Virus record (IMG/VR): IMGVR_UViG_2579778573_000005
DNA from: a virus
Lineage: Duplodnaviria > Heunggongvirae > Uroviricota > Caudoviricetes
Length of the DNA stretch: 44,005 nucleotides
Reading direction: 5' to 3' (one strand)
Part shown: piece after piece, positions 10,306-20,170 of the stretch
Layout: each line of letters opens with the position of its first letter
Position numbering within the stretch: position 1 is the stretch's first letter
Notes under the pieces: generated by a model
Told to the model about the DNA's origin: nothing
Seen by the model: only the letters and a program-made list of their open reading frames with translations
The model's database searches: none
Made by a program: the position numbers and the translations under genes

Positions 10306-10807
10306 GTTCTGCGCCGATATCTGGTGCTATTCCGACGTATATATTTTTCAGGGTCCCCTGTGAGGGATAATCGAAAATATCTGGACCAACGCCTACAACC
10401 TGCGTGAACGACACGCACTGAACTGAATGCGAACCGACTGACTGCCCGTTTTTAATCCAGTCGCACGGTTCCGCGTCGCTGAATTTTGCCGGTTTAGTTC
10501 CGGGACCGAACATTCGCCCATTGATCCAGCTCGTCATATAGAGCGCTGCATTCTGCGATTTCAGTCCGTACTGATCAGCTGCAAATTCACGCAGCAAATA
10601 CAAATTACACGACAGCTCGACTGACTGAATTGAGCCTGGAACCGATTCGTCACTCTGTGACCAGTTGCTGATTTCCAGGAACAGAGCTGGCGTTTCAAAT
10701 CCAGCCGGAATTTCCGGATAAATTCCGAATGTTTTGATGAACGGTATTTGTAAAACCGCGCCTTTAACGCGATCAAGATATTCGTCAAATGCATCCAGTC
10801 CGCTCAT
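10271..10807 (-). CDS. Putative tail completion protein (positional)
   Basis: Track ORF 178 aa between head genes and baseplate V. Confidence 0.35.
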   Translation of the reverse strand: MSGLDAFDEYLDRVKGAVLQIPFIKTFGIYPEIPAGFETPALFLEISNWSQSDESVPGSIQSVELSCNLYLLREFAADQYGLKSQNAALYMTSWINGRMFGPGTKPAKFSDAEPCDWIKNGQSVGSHSVQCVSFTQVVGVGPDIFDYPSQGTLKNIYVGIAPDIGAEHEGDYYGPIGR

Positions 10808-11484
10808 AATCGTTTACCTGTTTTTGGGTCTACGTGGACATTACCTTTCACGCGACCGCGCAAATCTTTCTCAAAAAAGCCCATAAAAACAGGGCCAATG
10901 TTTTCAAAAATATAATCATCGATAGCATCCTCCAGCGCGTCGTGCACAGGTACGCGAGCCTCTTCGATTCCTCCGCGATCCAGTCGAATCCAGACACTTT
11001 TCGCACCGTAGCGTTTCGCTACGAATGAATCGGGCCAACTCATCATCGCCAGCCCTGCACTTTTGGGTGTAAAAGTTGCCCCTCTAGCGCCTTTTTTGGT
11101 TTTCAAAAACAGGCCGGTCTCAAGATCGCGAGGCTGTTTTTGCCTCCGTGGATTTTGTAATCGCCCCTTTAGCTCAGATACCCGGAAATCATTCAGACCG
11201 TACCAGAGCTTGGCGCTGCTCAGGTCTCCTGCCCCTTCTTTTGTAAAATTACGGCGCTTAATGAACGGCTTGATTCGTTTATCTACGGCCTTATGATTTT
11301 TAGCTGCCAGTGCAGTCAAAATCATTCCTGCTGAAATTCGGTGCATATGTTTTGCAGTTCGGTTCAGCGCCCTGTTGTATACCATTAACATTTGATGTTG
11401 CGTCGCGCTGATTTCGACTCTGAGCTGCTCCAGCGCCGAAACATCGATATCGAACATCTGCGCGTTACTACGTAAATCGGCCAC
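10804..11484 (-). CDS. Putative virion morphogenesis / tail completion protein
   Basis: Track ORF 226 aa; operon position. Confidence 0.4.
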   Translation of the reverse strand: MADLRSNAQMFDIDVSALEQLRVEISATQHQMLMVYNRALNRTAKHMHRISAGMILTALAAKNHKAVDKRIKPFIKRRNFTKEGAGDLSSAKLWYGLNDFRVSELKGRLQNPRRQKQPRDLETGLFLKTKKGARGATFTPKSAGLAMMSWPDSFVAKRYGAKSVWIRLDRGGIEEARVPVHDALEDAIDDYIFENIGPVFMGFFEKDLRGRVKGNVHVDPKTGKRL

Positions 11485-11515
11485 GGTTCCCCCTTAAGTG
11501 GGACCGAGGTCCCAC

Positions 11516-11896
11516 TTAGTATTTTGAATACTCGCTGTTTTCGCTGGACGTGTGAGGCTCTAAAAAAATATTCGTGAGCCCTGTGCCATCAGGTTGAGGC
11601 TCTTTAACCACGTAATCGGTCCAGCCAGACCAGGTAACAGAGCCGTCAGGTTCGATGCTGCGCTGCTTTGGAACCTGGACGACGTCACGCGCAACAACGC
11701 CAGCGACGTCGTCCGAGAGCGCCGTCAGGCTCGTTACTGTACCGGTAATAAAACCAGCGTGAGGAACGTCAACGCGCGCGTAAGGCTCGTTGAAAATAGC
11801 GATAATGGGGTCGGTTTTACCGCGTAATTTAACGGGCCGTCCCCACTCACGGATCATCTCCTCGTCGCCGGCCCGGAGGTCATCGTAGTAGCTCAT
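11516..11896 (-). CDS. Putative head-tail joining protein
   Basis: Track ORF 126 aa downstream of capsid gene. Confidence 0.3.
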   Translation of the reverse strand: MSYYDDLRAGDEEMIREWGRPVKLRGKTDPIIAIFNEPYARVDVPHAGFITGTVTSLTALSDDVAGVVARDVVQVPKQRSIEPDGSVTWSGWTDYVVKEPQPDGTGLTNIFLEPHTSSENSEYSKY

Positions 11897-12312
11897 AGAG
11901 CGTAAACGTGATCAGCTGCGATAAGGTCTGCGACCTCCGGTGAATCAACAACAATTTCACGGCCTGCGGCAACAATCTCGCGAACGCGACGCCCGTTCAC
12001 GTAGTGATAAACGTCCAGCGTGTTACGCAACTTGACGCGGCGCGTAGCCGGTGCGAGCTCCTGCTCTTGTGACTGTGAAACGATAGCGCTCGCGATTGAT
12101 TGAGCGAGTTCATTATCGGTCCCGGACGCAGTATTCACTGTAATCTCGATGCCTCCCGCGTCACCGGATTGCTCGTTCAGAATATCGAGCTCTGACTCAG
12201 CGCCGGCAACGATTGATTCCAGTTCCGCAATAGTCCCGCTGCGCGGTAATTCGCGACCGAGCTGAGCGCTCAGATCGTCAATACGCGCCAGCAATTCTGT
12301 TTTTGTGCTCAT
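11893..12312 (-). CDS. Head-associated protein of unknown function
   Basis: Track ORF 139 aa directly after major capsid gene. Confidence 0.3.
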   Translation of the reverse strand: MSTKTELLARIDDLSAQLGRELPRSGTIAELESIVAGAESELDILNEQSGDAGGIEITVNTASGTDNELAQSIASAIVSQSQEQELAPATRRVKLRNTLDVYHYVNGRRVREIVAAGREIVVDSPEVADLIAADHVYAL

Positions 12313-12324
12313 GTTGATTCCTTA

Positions 12325-12349
12325 ACAAAAAAGAGCCTTTCGACTCTTA
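12325..12349 (-). terminator. Intrinsic-terminator-like hairpin (GAAA loop plus T-run) at the major capsid gene stop
   Basis: Minus strand AAGAGTC-GAAA-GGCTCTT followed by TTTTG; overlaps the capsid stop codon. Confidence 0.5.
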
Positions 12350-13381
12350 CGCGATTTTTACGACAACGAACGCGTCGGCGTCCGTGAGGACCATTGCTGG
12401 CGCGGATTGCGTCATTGTTTGCGTCACTGCCGGATCACCGGTAGTGGTCCAGACTTTTGGATAGCGCGTCGCTTCGGAAATACCCTCTTTCAGCGCGTCT
12501 TCGTCCTGAATTGCGCCATAAGTGCGGAGCCCGCGGTTTTTTGTGTTGCCAAGGATCATCGTGTTATCCGGCATATAACGCGTTTCAGTGTCTGTTACCG
12601 GGTCGAGGTATTGCCCTTTGTAGACAAACAGCGCAGTGTCGCCGTAGTAGCCTTTAAAGCTGACAACGTCGCCCAGGTTTTTCAGCGCGACCTCGAGCTG
12701 GCTGTTTGAGCCACGGCGCGTATCCAGTGCCGTCCAGAATTTTTTAAAACGCTTCAACTGCTTCCAGGCTTTACCATCCATGATGATCACGTTAACCGCA
12801 CCGGAGGCGAGGTCCGCGTAGGATTCAATATCGTCGCTCGGGTCATACGTTTCCGCGTCCTGAGTCGACCAGGCTGTCGAACCGGACTGAGTGACGTTAT
12901 TCGTCGCGCTGCGGCTCATGTCGATCTCATAGGTCTCGATATTGCTGCCGGAAACAGTGTATTTACCGTACAGAACAGCCTGTACCGCCTGGAACTCTTC
13001 GAGCTGGCTGATGCTCAGTTCCTCATCAAGCAGGTTCTGCATGATGATTTTTGCACGACGTTCGACCGGCGTTTCCGGCTGGCCAATCTGCTCACCGGCT
13101 GCGCGCTTGATGCTCATATTCGGATTGATCGTGTGCTTGGGTTTCGTGTAACCCGGTTTGAAATGGTTCGTTGAATAGCCGCGAGTGCGGTCAACTTTGC
13201 CGGTGATCATCGGCGCGCAGTACACGGCCATGTTCACTTTTCCCGGGATTTTATCCAGAAAAACCTCTTCGCTCGTAAACGTGTAGGTCTCACGGAAAAA
13301 CAGCTTTAAAAACAACGGATTGAACTTAAATACCTGCTGTGTCGCGGTAATCAGTTCTGACGTAGTAAACGAATCGCTCAT
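12347..13381 (-). CDS. Major capsid protein (lambda gpE-like)
   Basis: Track ORF 344 aa; long stretches match lambda E (e.g. FKF.PLFL.LFFRE, PGYVKPKH-like, TRRGSNS). Confidence 0.85.
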   Translation of the reverse strand: MSDSFTTSELITATQQVFKFNPLFLKLFFRETYTFTSEEVFLDKIPGKVNMAVYCAPMITGKVDRTRGYSTNHFKPGYTKPKHTINPNMSIKRAAGEQIGQPETPVERRAKIIMQNLLDEELSISQLEEFQAVQAVLYGKYTVSGSNIETYEIDMSRSATNNVTQSGSTAWSTQDAETYDPSDDIESYADLASGAVNVIIMDGKAWKQLKRFKKFWTALDTRRGSNSQLEVALKNLGDVVSFKGYYGDTALFVYKGQYLDPVTDTETRYMPDNTMILGNTKNRGLRTYGAIQDEDALKEGISEATRYPKVWTTTGDPAVTQTMTQSAPAMVLTDADAFVVVKIA

Positions 13382-13394
13382 TTATATATCCTGT

Positions 13395-13420
13395 TATAAA
13401 AAAACCGCCCGGAGGCGGCT
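13395..13420 (-). terminator. GC hairpin plus T7 run between decoration and capsid genes
   Basis: Minus strand GCCGCC-TCCG-GGCGGT followed by TTTTTTT. Confidence 0.45.
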
Positions 13421-13439
13421 TGTTTTGAGTTTTTTGCTA

Positions 13440-13769
13440 TCAGCCGACGCTGATCGGCGTACCCGCAAATGCTGATTTGCGTTTAGCTACGTCGGTAACC
13501 GTACCCCAGTTAATCGCCGTGTAACGGAACGAGCCTGATTTATAGTACGAGCAGTCTGCAGAACTGGAGCCAGTATTAACTGCGGTGGCAGTGAGGCCAA
13601 TAGCTTTACCGACTGAGCCGTCCCAAACCTTAAACGTCCCGACAGTAGCGTCGAGCATAATCGGTGTCAGCCGGGGTACGTTGATCCCGCCCTGAAAATG
13701 ACCGACGGTCGTGACAACAAGGTCAGGCCCAAGAATAAAATCGTCCGGGCTATACGTTTCTGTAGTCAT
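13440..13769 (-). CDS. Head decoration protein (lambda gpD-like)
   Basis: Track ORF 109 aa between protease and capsid genes. Confidence 0.5.
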   Translation of the reverse strand: MTTETYSPDDFILGPDLVVTTVGHFQGGINVPRLTPIMLDATVGTFKVWDGSVGKAIGLTATAVNTGSSSADCSYYKSGSFRYTAINWGTVTDVAKRKSAFAGTPISVG

Positions 13770-15076
13770 TATTCATCCCCTAAAATTGAACGCCCTGCAG
13801 CAACCAGCATCGAGACGTTTGCGGTTGTTCCTGTTGCCGTAGTACTGCCAGCATCCTGAATAGTCGCTGGTGATTCAGTGCTCATTAGTGTATCGAGCGC
13901 CGTTTCTGTCCGCGCCTGCGCCGTTTTAGGTGCTGCAGCGAGGACTACCTGCGCCTGCCCGACCGTCATCCCGGGGACGCCAGCGAGCGCTTTTGCCTGC
14001 GCCTCGCGCCCAACAGCTTCGGGACAATTGATGATGGCCATCACACGCGCCAGTTCGCTTGATGCGGCGTCCGCGCGAATCTGCTCCGTGTTAAACTCAA
14101 CCTGCGCGACAGTAGTCGTGGTCGCGGTTTGTTCTGTGGTCGTGGTCTCCGCCGTGGTTTCTGTACCAGACATAAAGCGCTCCATTTTTGGTTTCAGTGC
14201 GTCGGCCATCACTGCGATAGCGTCCGCGTAATTAACGAGTTGATCAGCGAGACCAGATTTAATCGCGTCCGCGCCGATAAATACTGCAGCTTCCGTGGCC
14301 AGCACCCTGGATTTTTTCAGCCCGGTATAATCCGAGACTTTTTGCGCGAACTGCTCGCGCGTGCTGTTAATACTCAGCTGGAATTCGTCGCGAACGTCGC
14401 CTGGCAGCTGGGAATACGGGTTCCCGTCAACTTTGTGCGCGCCGGCGTAAATCAGCGTCACGTCGACGCCAGCAATCTCCAGCGCTTTTTCGACGCAGCG
14501 GTGAGCCATCAGGACACCGATTGAACCAACTGTGCCTGTCTGCGTTATCAGCCGGCGCGAACACGCTGACGCCAGCAAATAGGCAGCGCTGCAGGCCGTA
14601 TCGCTGGCCAGCGCCCACACAGGTTTTTGCTCTCGCGCCCGGGCGATTAAATCAGCAGTATCAAACGCGCCGGCGACTTCACCGCCAGGGGAGTCAATAT
14701 CAAGCAGGACCCCTCTTACATCGGGATCAGAAATCGCCTGCTGCAGGCGTTTTGCGATTCCGTTGTAACCGCTCATCCCGCTAACTGGGTTGATATAACC
14801 CAATTTATGAACCAGCGTCCCGGTAACCGGCAGAACGGCTATACCACGCTCCACGCGATACGATTTCTGGCGTGTTCGCTCGCTGCTGTCCCACCCCATC
14901 GCGAGCGCGTTCATTTCGTCGCTGTTCATTACCTCTCCAGACGCTGTATCAATCAGTCGCCCGGTACCGAACCGGTCGCTCAGCGCCGAAAAAAATACCC
15001 GCGCGTAGGTGGGCTCCAGCAAAAGCGGTTGATTGAACGCCCTGGCGGCGAGGTGCGGAAAATTGTTCCACGGCAT
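13769..15076 (-). CDS. Prohead protease / scaffold (S49 peptidase family, lambda gpC-like)
   Basis: Track ORF 435 aa; SppA-like central region; Ala/Thr-rich C-terminus. Confidence 0.75.
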   Translation of the reverse strand: MPWNNFPHLAARAFNQPLLLEPTYARVFFSALSDRFGTGRLIDTASGEVMNSDEMNALAMGWDSSERTRQKSYRVERGIAVLPVTGTLVHKLGYINPVSGMSGYNGIAKRLQQAISDPDVRGVLLDIDSPGGEVAGAFDTADLIARAREQKPVWALASDTACSAAYLLASACSRRLITQTGTVGSIGVLMAHRCVEKALEIAGVDVTLIYAGAHKVDGNPYSQLPGDVRDEFQLSINSTREQFAQKVSDYTGLKKSRVLATEAAVFIGADAIKSGLADQLVNYADAIAVMADALKPKMERFMSGTETTAETTTTEQTATTTTVAQVEFNTEQIRADAASSELARVMAIINCPEAVGREAQAKALAGVPGMTVGQAQVVLAAAPKTAQARTETALDTLMSTESPATIQDAGSTTATGTTANVSMLVAAGRSILGDE

Positions 15077-16650
15077 CAGTTACCTCCCCAGCCGTTATCG
15101 TTGGTATTTGAGGGGTGAGATACAGACCATGACGGTTCGCTCAGCCCCATTTCACGCCGGCGCTGAATTTCGTATTCCTGCTGCTCCATAACCTCCTCGT
15201 AATCCTGTCCCTGCAGCGCCAGTTCGTTCTGATACGTGCTGAGGCCAGTTGTGATGCGCATGGCGCTCTCCTGAACCTCTTTCAGCCCATCAATCGCCAT
15301 GCGACCAGCGCCGATCCAGAGCGCGTTCGTCCAGGAGTTCCGCGCCTCATAAAACGACCGGACAGCTGAGCGTGGCAGGGTGATAATTCCGCGTGCCAGC
15401 GCCTCTTCAAACCAGCAGCAGAACATCAGCGACGCCTGTCGCGCGGCGATAAAACGTCGACGCCCCATGAAAAATCGCCAGCTGACGTTAGCACTGGCCC
15501 GGGCGCTGGAGTAACTGACCTGGCTGTAGTCCCGGCTAAGTTCTTCGTATGACGCGCCAACGCCAGCTGCAACGTAACGCAGGAGTGATTTTTCCAGTGA
15601 ACTAAAACCAGCATCAGCATTCTGAGCGGTCTGTAAACTGAGTTTGTCGCCGGGATGCAGGTGGGGAACTTTCACACCACCGAGCTTGATATTTGCGCCG
15701 TTGTAGTACGTCACGTAACTCTGAATAAACGAATTCAGCGGGTTCGAGTCGATATCAGTACCCGCGCCGGCGATATATTCAAACGCCTGCTGGCTGTCGA
15801 GCTCTGATTCGATTGTCGCGGCATACATCGCCTTCACAATGGCGCTCTGCAGTTGTGTTTGCTGCAGTGTGTCGAGCATTTTCAGGCGCTCCATGACGCT
15901 GTAAAAAATATTGTCCCCGCGGGTCTGTCCGTCCTCGAGCGGCTCGAATATGTGGATGAATGCGTGTCTGCCGCTGCTGAGCTGTGCTGGGATACGCCGG
16001 CATTTACCGACTCCGCCGAGAGGGTAAGTATCCTCGGCTATCCAGTACCCGACCGCGGCCCCGTTTTTATCGATATCAACACCGGCGCGGCGAAATTGAG
16101 TGTCAGCTGCGTAACCCGGATTTCGAATCCGTTTCGGTGAGACCATTTTGAATCGCGTCCGAAAAACGCTGCCGGCACTACTCTCCCAGACTGGTTGTAC
16201 GCAGGTTTCACCGTTGAAAGCGTGAGTAGCCACGCCCTCGCGGATCATCATTGTGAACGTCCGTTTCCGCTCGATATCAATCGTGCAGTGAGGGTCCTCG
16301 GCGTATTCAGTCCACGCTACCTCGACGTCACGCGCCAGCGCCCTGGCGTCCTCGCGAGATATGCCGAGGTAACGCCAGTTAGGGCGATAACTCAACTTAA
16401 ACAGATTGCCGACGATATGATCCTGGTGCAGCTGCACGGCGTTCGACGCGACGCCGTTATTGCGAACGAGATCGTCTGCTCGCGCGTTACCGCGATAAAA
16501 ATTCGGCAACAGTGCTGCGTCGGCGCTCTGCTGTGGTGCGTTCCAGTCAATCAGCTGGCCACCGAAACCGGGACCGCCGCCGTTATACCCCGCGTAACGG
16601 CGTAGTGGCGTTTTACCGTCAGGCCCGAGCAGCTGCTGCGGAGCAGTCAT
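15076..16650 (-). CDS. Portal protein (lambda gpB-like)
   Basis: Track ORF 524 aa between W and protease. Confidence 0.75.
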   Translation of the reverse strand: MTAPQQLLGPDGKTPLRRYAGYNGGGPGFGGQLIDWNAPQQSADAALLPNFYRGNARADDLVRNNGVASNAVQLHQDHIVGNLFKLSYRPNWRYLGISREDARALARDVEVAWTEYAEDPHCTIDIERKRTFTMMIREGVATHAFNGETCVQPVWESSAGSVFRTRFKMVSPKRIRNPGYAADTQFRRAGVDIDKNGAAVGYWIAEDTYPLGGVGKCRRIPAQLSSGRHAFIHIFEPLEDGQTRGDNIFYSVMERLKMLDTLQQTQLQSAIVKAMYAATIESELDSQQAFEYIAGAGTDIDSNPLNSFIQSYVTYYNGANIKLGGVKVPHLHPGDKLSLQTAQNADAGFSSLEKSLLRYVAAGVGASYEELSRDYSQVSYSSARASANVSWRFFMGRRRFIAARQASLMFCCWFEEALARGIITLPRSAVRSFYEARNSWTNALWIGAGRMAIDGLKEVQESAMRITTGLSTYQNELALQGQDYEEVMEQQEYEIQRRREMGLSEPSWSVSHPSNTNDNGWGGN

Positions 16651-16880
16651 AATCGAACTCCCACGGGCCGACGGCGTCCCGTACTCAGACCGAGCTGTGA
16701 TTTCAGCTCGATAATGTACGTTCGGAGCTGCTCAATACTCGCCTGCGAGTATTGATAGCTCCGGTTATTTCCTGCTGAATCGCCGTGAGACAGCGACACG
16801 GTCGATTTACCCGTTAATAATTTGTGCAGAGCGATTTCCGCTTCCAGCAGTCGTTCTGTTAAAACCTCGCGCGACGTCAT
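16647..16880 (-). CDS. Head-tail joining protein W (lambda gpW-like)
   Basis: Track ORF 77 aa; resembles lambda W. Confidence 0.6.
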   Translation of the reverse strand: MTSREVLTERLLEAEIALHKLLTGKSTVSLSHGDSAGNNRSYQYSQASIEQLRTYIIELKSQLGLSTGRRRPVGVRL

Positions 16881-18841
16881 TAGCTCCCTCCGAGCATTCT
16901 GGCCATCTCCTCGAGAGACAGTTTGTTTTGTGATTTTTTCCGTTGCTCAGCGAGCGTCTCGAGATTGAGCTGGAAACGAATTTTACTGATACGCAGCGCT
17001 GCCAGTCCGTACACCCAGCAGTCGAGCGCCTCATTTCGCCGGCCCTGGTTGTCCCAACGATAAACGACGCGACCGTTAATGAGTTTCGGGATCAGAACCT
17101 CGGAGACGAGCTGTTTTGCCTCTGTCGTGCTGAATATTTCGTCGTCGTTGGGAAAATGAATCGCACCTGGTGTCGCCGATTTGGAGTCGGGTTCCAGCTG
17201 CAGGCGCATTGCGAGCAGGTCTTTCGCTGTATCTGTCCCAATCAACGACAAATACACTTTATTCGCGTTACGGGTACGAGGCATATTTACGACCGGCTGG
17301 CCGTATGAGCTCGCGCCCTTGATTGGAATGACCCACAGCGGACCGAGTTTCAGCGAGCGGTTATAAACGACCTGCGCATCTATACCACCGGTATCCCACG
17401 CCCAGCGACTGACGCCGATTGTGGTCCCGTCGCTGCGCCGGTATTGTTTGCGAATCACTCCGTCGACGCGCTGCAGCGTGTCCTCCTCGTCGTAGCGACC
17501 GAGGACGATTGTTTTATCAATCAGCCAGCACTCCTCCTCGGCTCCCCAGCCCCACACATAACACTCGTAGCGCCCGGACGTCTGAGAGTCGATGCCGCCG
17601 GTTATATAAACAACACCGTCAGGAACCTGGCTGGCGTATTTTTCCCGGCGATTAACCAGAATATCGTGCTCCAGCTGCTCGCTGGCCACGTCGCTCCAGA
17701 GTTCGCCGAGCGTCGTGTTATGAAACGTCTTTTCCTTGAGCGGGTCGCCTTTCGCTTTCAGCCACTCGCTGACAATCTCGCCCCATCCATCGAGGTTTAG
17801 TGAATACAGGGCGTTTATCACGATCGCAGCGTGTTTCGGCGCGCGAACGACGCCACCGTCATGATCAAAAAAATGAATGCCGTCTCGGGTCCAGGTGCAG
17901 TCCTCGGCTATCCAGCGCCCCCCGAACTCCATTTTTTCGAGATCGCGATAGTAAAAATGTTCCGGGCAGTGGCAGCACTGGTAATACGCGGACGACGATT
18001 TCGCCTCATTGGTCTGCAGGCTGTTATCCCATTTGAGGCCGTATTCGATACCGTCGAAACCAAATACCAGGACCTGCTCCTCGCCACAATGCGGACATGT
18101 CAGGTAAAAACGAAACGTCAGATCGGCAGCGTCTTCGAGCATTTCGATATGACTTTTGCCGGTAACGGTCGGCGTCGAACCAAAAATCGCCTTCGGGTAC
18201 GCTGCCCCTTTAATTCGAACGAGCGCCAGTTCGATGGGCGAGCCCTCGCCTTTGCCTTTTTTGGCAACTTCCAGCGGCCAGCCGTCAACTTCGTCACCCT
18301 CGACAACCTGTTTCGTTAGTCGCCGGAAATTTCCTGGTGCACTCGCGCCGCGAAAATCAAGAATCGCGCCGCTCATTTCTTTACGCTGGAGATTGTTACG
18401 CTCGTTGCTTTTATCCCAGTCGGGGAAAATTTTCTGAATCACTGGCATTTCGGCGATAGCGGGGTCAACCTCGTCGGCGACAAATCCATCCGATTCGTCA
18501 TCGATAGGCTGATAGACCACGGCACTACGTTTTTTGTGCTCAGCGAAATAGAGCAGCGCCGCGACGAGTATTTTTGTATAACCGAGACGAGCTGATTTGC
18601 GAACAGACACGATTTTTATCGCGTCGTTCGTCATCATATTGAGCATCACTACCTGGACCGGCTGAGTCGTCCAGTGCCCAGCGATGTGGCTGGAGCCCTC
18701 AGGGAGATAAAAATATTTATCAGCCCACTCAACACCCGTCATCGGTATCGTCACGCGCAAGGGATTCAACCCTGTCGAGATCGCGTTCGATATCGCTGAC
18801 ATCGTAATCGCTGAAGTCGATTCGTATGTCTGACAACTCAT
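16880..18841 (-). CDS. Terminase large subunit (lambda gpA-like)
   Basis: Track ORF 653 aa; VEWAD..YLP, CPHCGEEQ and KGAS.YG.PV..MPR motifs match lambda A. Confidence 0.9.
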   Translation of the reverse strand: MSCQTYESTSAITMSAISNAISTGLNPLRVTIPMTGVEWADKYFYLPEGSSHIAGHWTTQPVQVVMLNMMTNDAIKIVSVRKSARLGYTKILVAALLYFAEHKKRSAVVYQPIDDESDGFVADEVDPAIAEMPVIQKIFPDWDKSNERNNLQRKEMSGAILDFRGASAPGNFRRLTKQVVEGDEVDGWPLEVAKKGKGEGSPIELALVRIKGAAYPKAIFGSTPTVTGKSHIEMLEDAADLTFRFYLTCPHCGEEQVLVFGFDGIEYGLKWDNSLQTNEAKSSSAYYQCCHCPEHFYYRDLEKMEFGGRWIAEDCTWTRDGIHFFDHDGGVVRAPKHAAIVINALYSLNLDGWGEIVSEWLKAKGDPLKEKTFHNTTLGELWSDVASEQLEHDILVNRREKYASQVPDGVVYITGGIDSQTSGRYECYVWGWGAEEECWLIDKTIVLGRYDEEDTLQRVDGVIRKQYRRSDGTTIGVSRWAWDTGGIDAQVVYNRSLKLGPLWVIPIKGASSYGQPVVNMPRTRNANKVYLSLIGTDTAKDLLAMRLQLEPDSKSATPGAIHFPNDDEIFSTTEAKQLVSEVLIPKLINGRVVYRWDNQGRRNEALDCWVYGLAALRISKIRFQLNLETLAEQRKKSQNKLSLEEMARMLGGS

Positions 18842-19295
18842 TTAAGGCTATCGCCAGCTCCTCTCGTAATACACTGCTCGCCTCTTGCGGCATCTCCGGC
18901 CAGACCTTTTTCAGGCGTGGTGGCCACGACTCGACGCGGGTACGTAATTCAACGGCGACGCGAGATACAGCGACGCTAATTAATTCAATTGGCGCGTAGC
19001 GTTTAGCGAGAATGCGGCGTTTTACTCGTGCCATCAGGATTCGCTCCTGTCGTTCCTCATTTTTCAGCCACTGCTCGCGATTTTTTTCGGGAGAATTGTC
19101 CCCCGCTTCCGGTTCGTCATTACTAGTTGTGTCGCGTCTATTGCTCCGGAGATAACGAATATAAAAATGGCGCCATGCGTCTAGCTCCCAATCACCACGT
19201 CCTTGTGGGACTGGTGCTCCCGGAAGTTTTGCGAGATCGCGCAGACGACGATCAGATAGCAGTAAATGTGCTGCAACCTCAGCCTGACTTGCCAT
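18729..19295 (-). CDS. Putative terminase small subunit (positional)
   Basis: Track ORF 188 aa upstream of and overlapping the large terminase. Confidence 0.45.
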   Translation of the reverse strand: MASQAEVAAHLLLSDRRLRDLAKLPGAPVPQGRGDWELDAWRHFYIRYLRSNRRDTTSNDEPEAGDNSPEKNREQWLKNEERQERILMARVKRRILAKRYAPIELISVAVSRVAVELRTRVESWPPRLKKVWPEMPQEASSVLREELAIALNELSDIRIDFSDYDVSDIERDLDRVESLARDDTDDGC

Positions 19296-19440
19296 TAAAA
19301 ATCCTCACCGGAACCGGAAATACCCAAAATGAAAAAATACTAAAAACGAGCGAGTTTTTGCGCGTCTACCGACCCTCGGTGTTTTGGATTTCGGAAAGGA
19401 CCCGCGACCAGGGGGCTATCTCCCTTTCAGGACAGGAATT
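19296..19440 (-). promoter_or_regulatory. Candidate cos region
   Basis: Non-coding stretch upstream of terminase genes; minus strand carries GGTCGCGGGTCCTTTCCG and TTTCCGGTT, which resemble lambda cos-proximal sequence as recalled from memory. Confidence 0.35.
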
Positions 19441-19648
19441 AGGGGCTCGCATCAGGTTCATCAAACTCAACTGTAGCCTCGCGGCGTACTTGTTTGCATA
19501 CATCAGCTTTGTGTATCTGATTATCAGCGTAAGCTTTCACTTTGGCAGCGAGCCATCCTTTTGTGCTGTATCGATAGACTACCGAACAAGTTTTCCATAT
19601 ATGTATATATCTTGAACTTATTGATATCATTACAGAAAAACAACAACC

Positions 19649-19909
19649 ATGAGAACGCAAAAAATGAACAGAGAAAAAATTGAAGCCTTAATGAGCGTAA
19701 TATTAAAAGAAGCTGACCCAAAAAAGTTTCCTGAGAAGTTATCAGAGGACGCCATCGTATCTTTTTATCGTGCGAACTCCTCTTATCTAAATTGTTCAAC
19801 TTTAAGAGAATGGCTAAGCGGCGAAGCAGAGCCTTCAGATGAGATACTTCAGAAGATTATGGTTCAGAACAACTGGCGCGCAACAAAATGGTCAAATCAG
19901 TTACCTTAA
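19649..19909 (+). CDS. Opposite-strand AT-rich small ORF (moron candidate), unknown function
   Basis: Track ORF 86 aa; likely start at internal ATG 19664; lies between terminase and lysis genes. Confidence 0.4.
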   Translation: MRTQKMNREKIEALMSVILKEADPKKFPEKLSEDAIVSFYRANSSYLNCSTLREWLSGEAEPSDEILQKIMVQNNWRATKWSNQLP

Positions 19910-19923
19910 TCTGTTGAATGTGT

Positions 19924-19947
19924 GCCGCCTTAAAACAAAAAGGCGGC
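19924..19947. terminator. Hairpin between convergent genes
   Basis: GCCGCCT / AGGCGGC inverted repeat with 10-nt loop; no strong U-tract. Confidence 0.3.
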
Positions 19948-19968
19948 CTCTCGTTAAAGTAAATTACC

Positions 19969-20163
19969 CTATTTTCCACCAAGGCATGAAGCCTCTGCCC
20001 CGGTTGAATCAATACAACCACCGTTCGCAGTAGTAATCTTCGTACCCGGCGCGATCATCACGTGTTTAATACTGCTGCCGTCAGCGCGAGTCGCTTCGGT
20101 GTATGTCGAATGTGTGCAGCCTGCCAGCGTGAAGAACGCGACAGCTAAGAGAAGTTTTTTCAC
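19969..20163 (-). CDS. Small lipoprotein (possible Rz1-like outer-membrane spanin)
   Basis: Track ORF 64 aa; signal peptide with LAGC lipobox; last gene of lysis cassette; GTG start. Confidence 0.5.
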   Translation of the reverse strand: MKKLLLAVAFFTLAGCTHSTYTEATRADGSSIKHVMIAPGTKITTANGGCIDSTGAEASCLGGK

Positions 20164-20170
20164 GTTTTAC

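Noticed and set aside
10561-10794. Track ORF of 77 aa nested in gene 10271-10807
   Set aside because: Same-strand alternative frame inside a longer ORF with better operon context
13878-18437. Numerous plus-strand track ORFs antisense to head and terminase genes
   Set aside because: Embedded in long, well-supported minus-strand genes, with no RBS or operon logic; typical GC-rich antisense open frames
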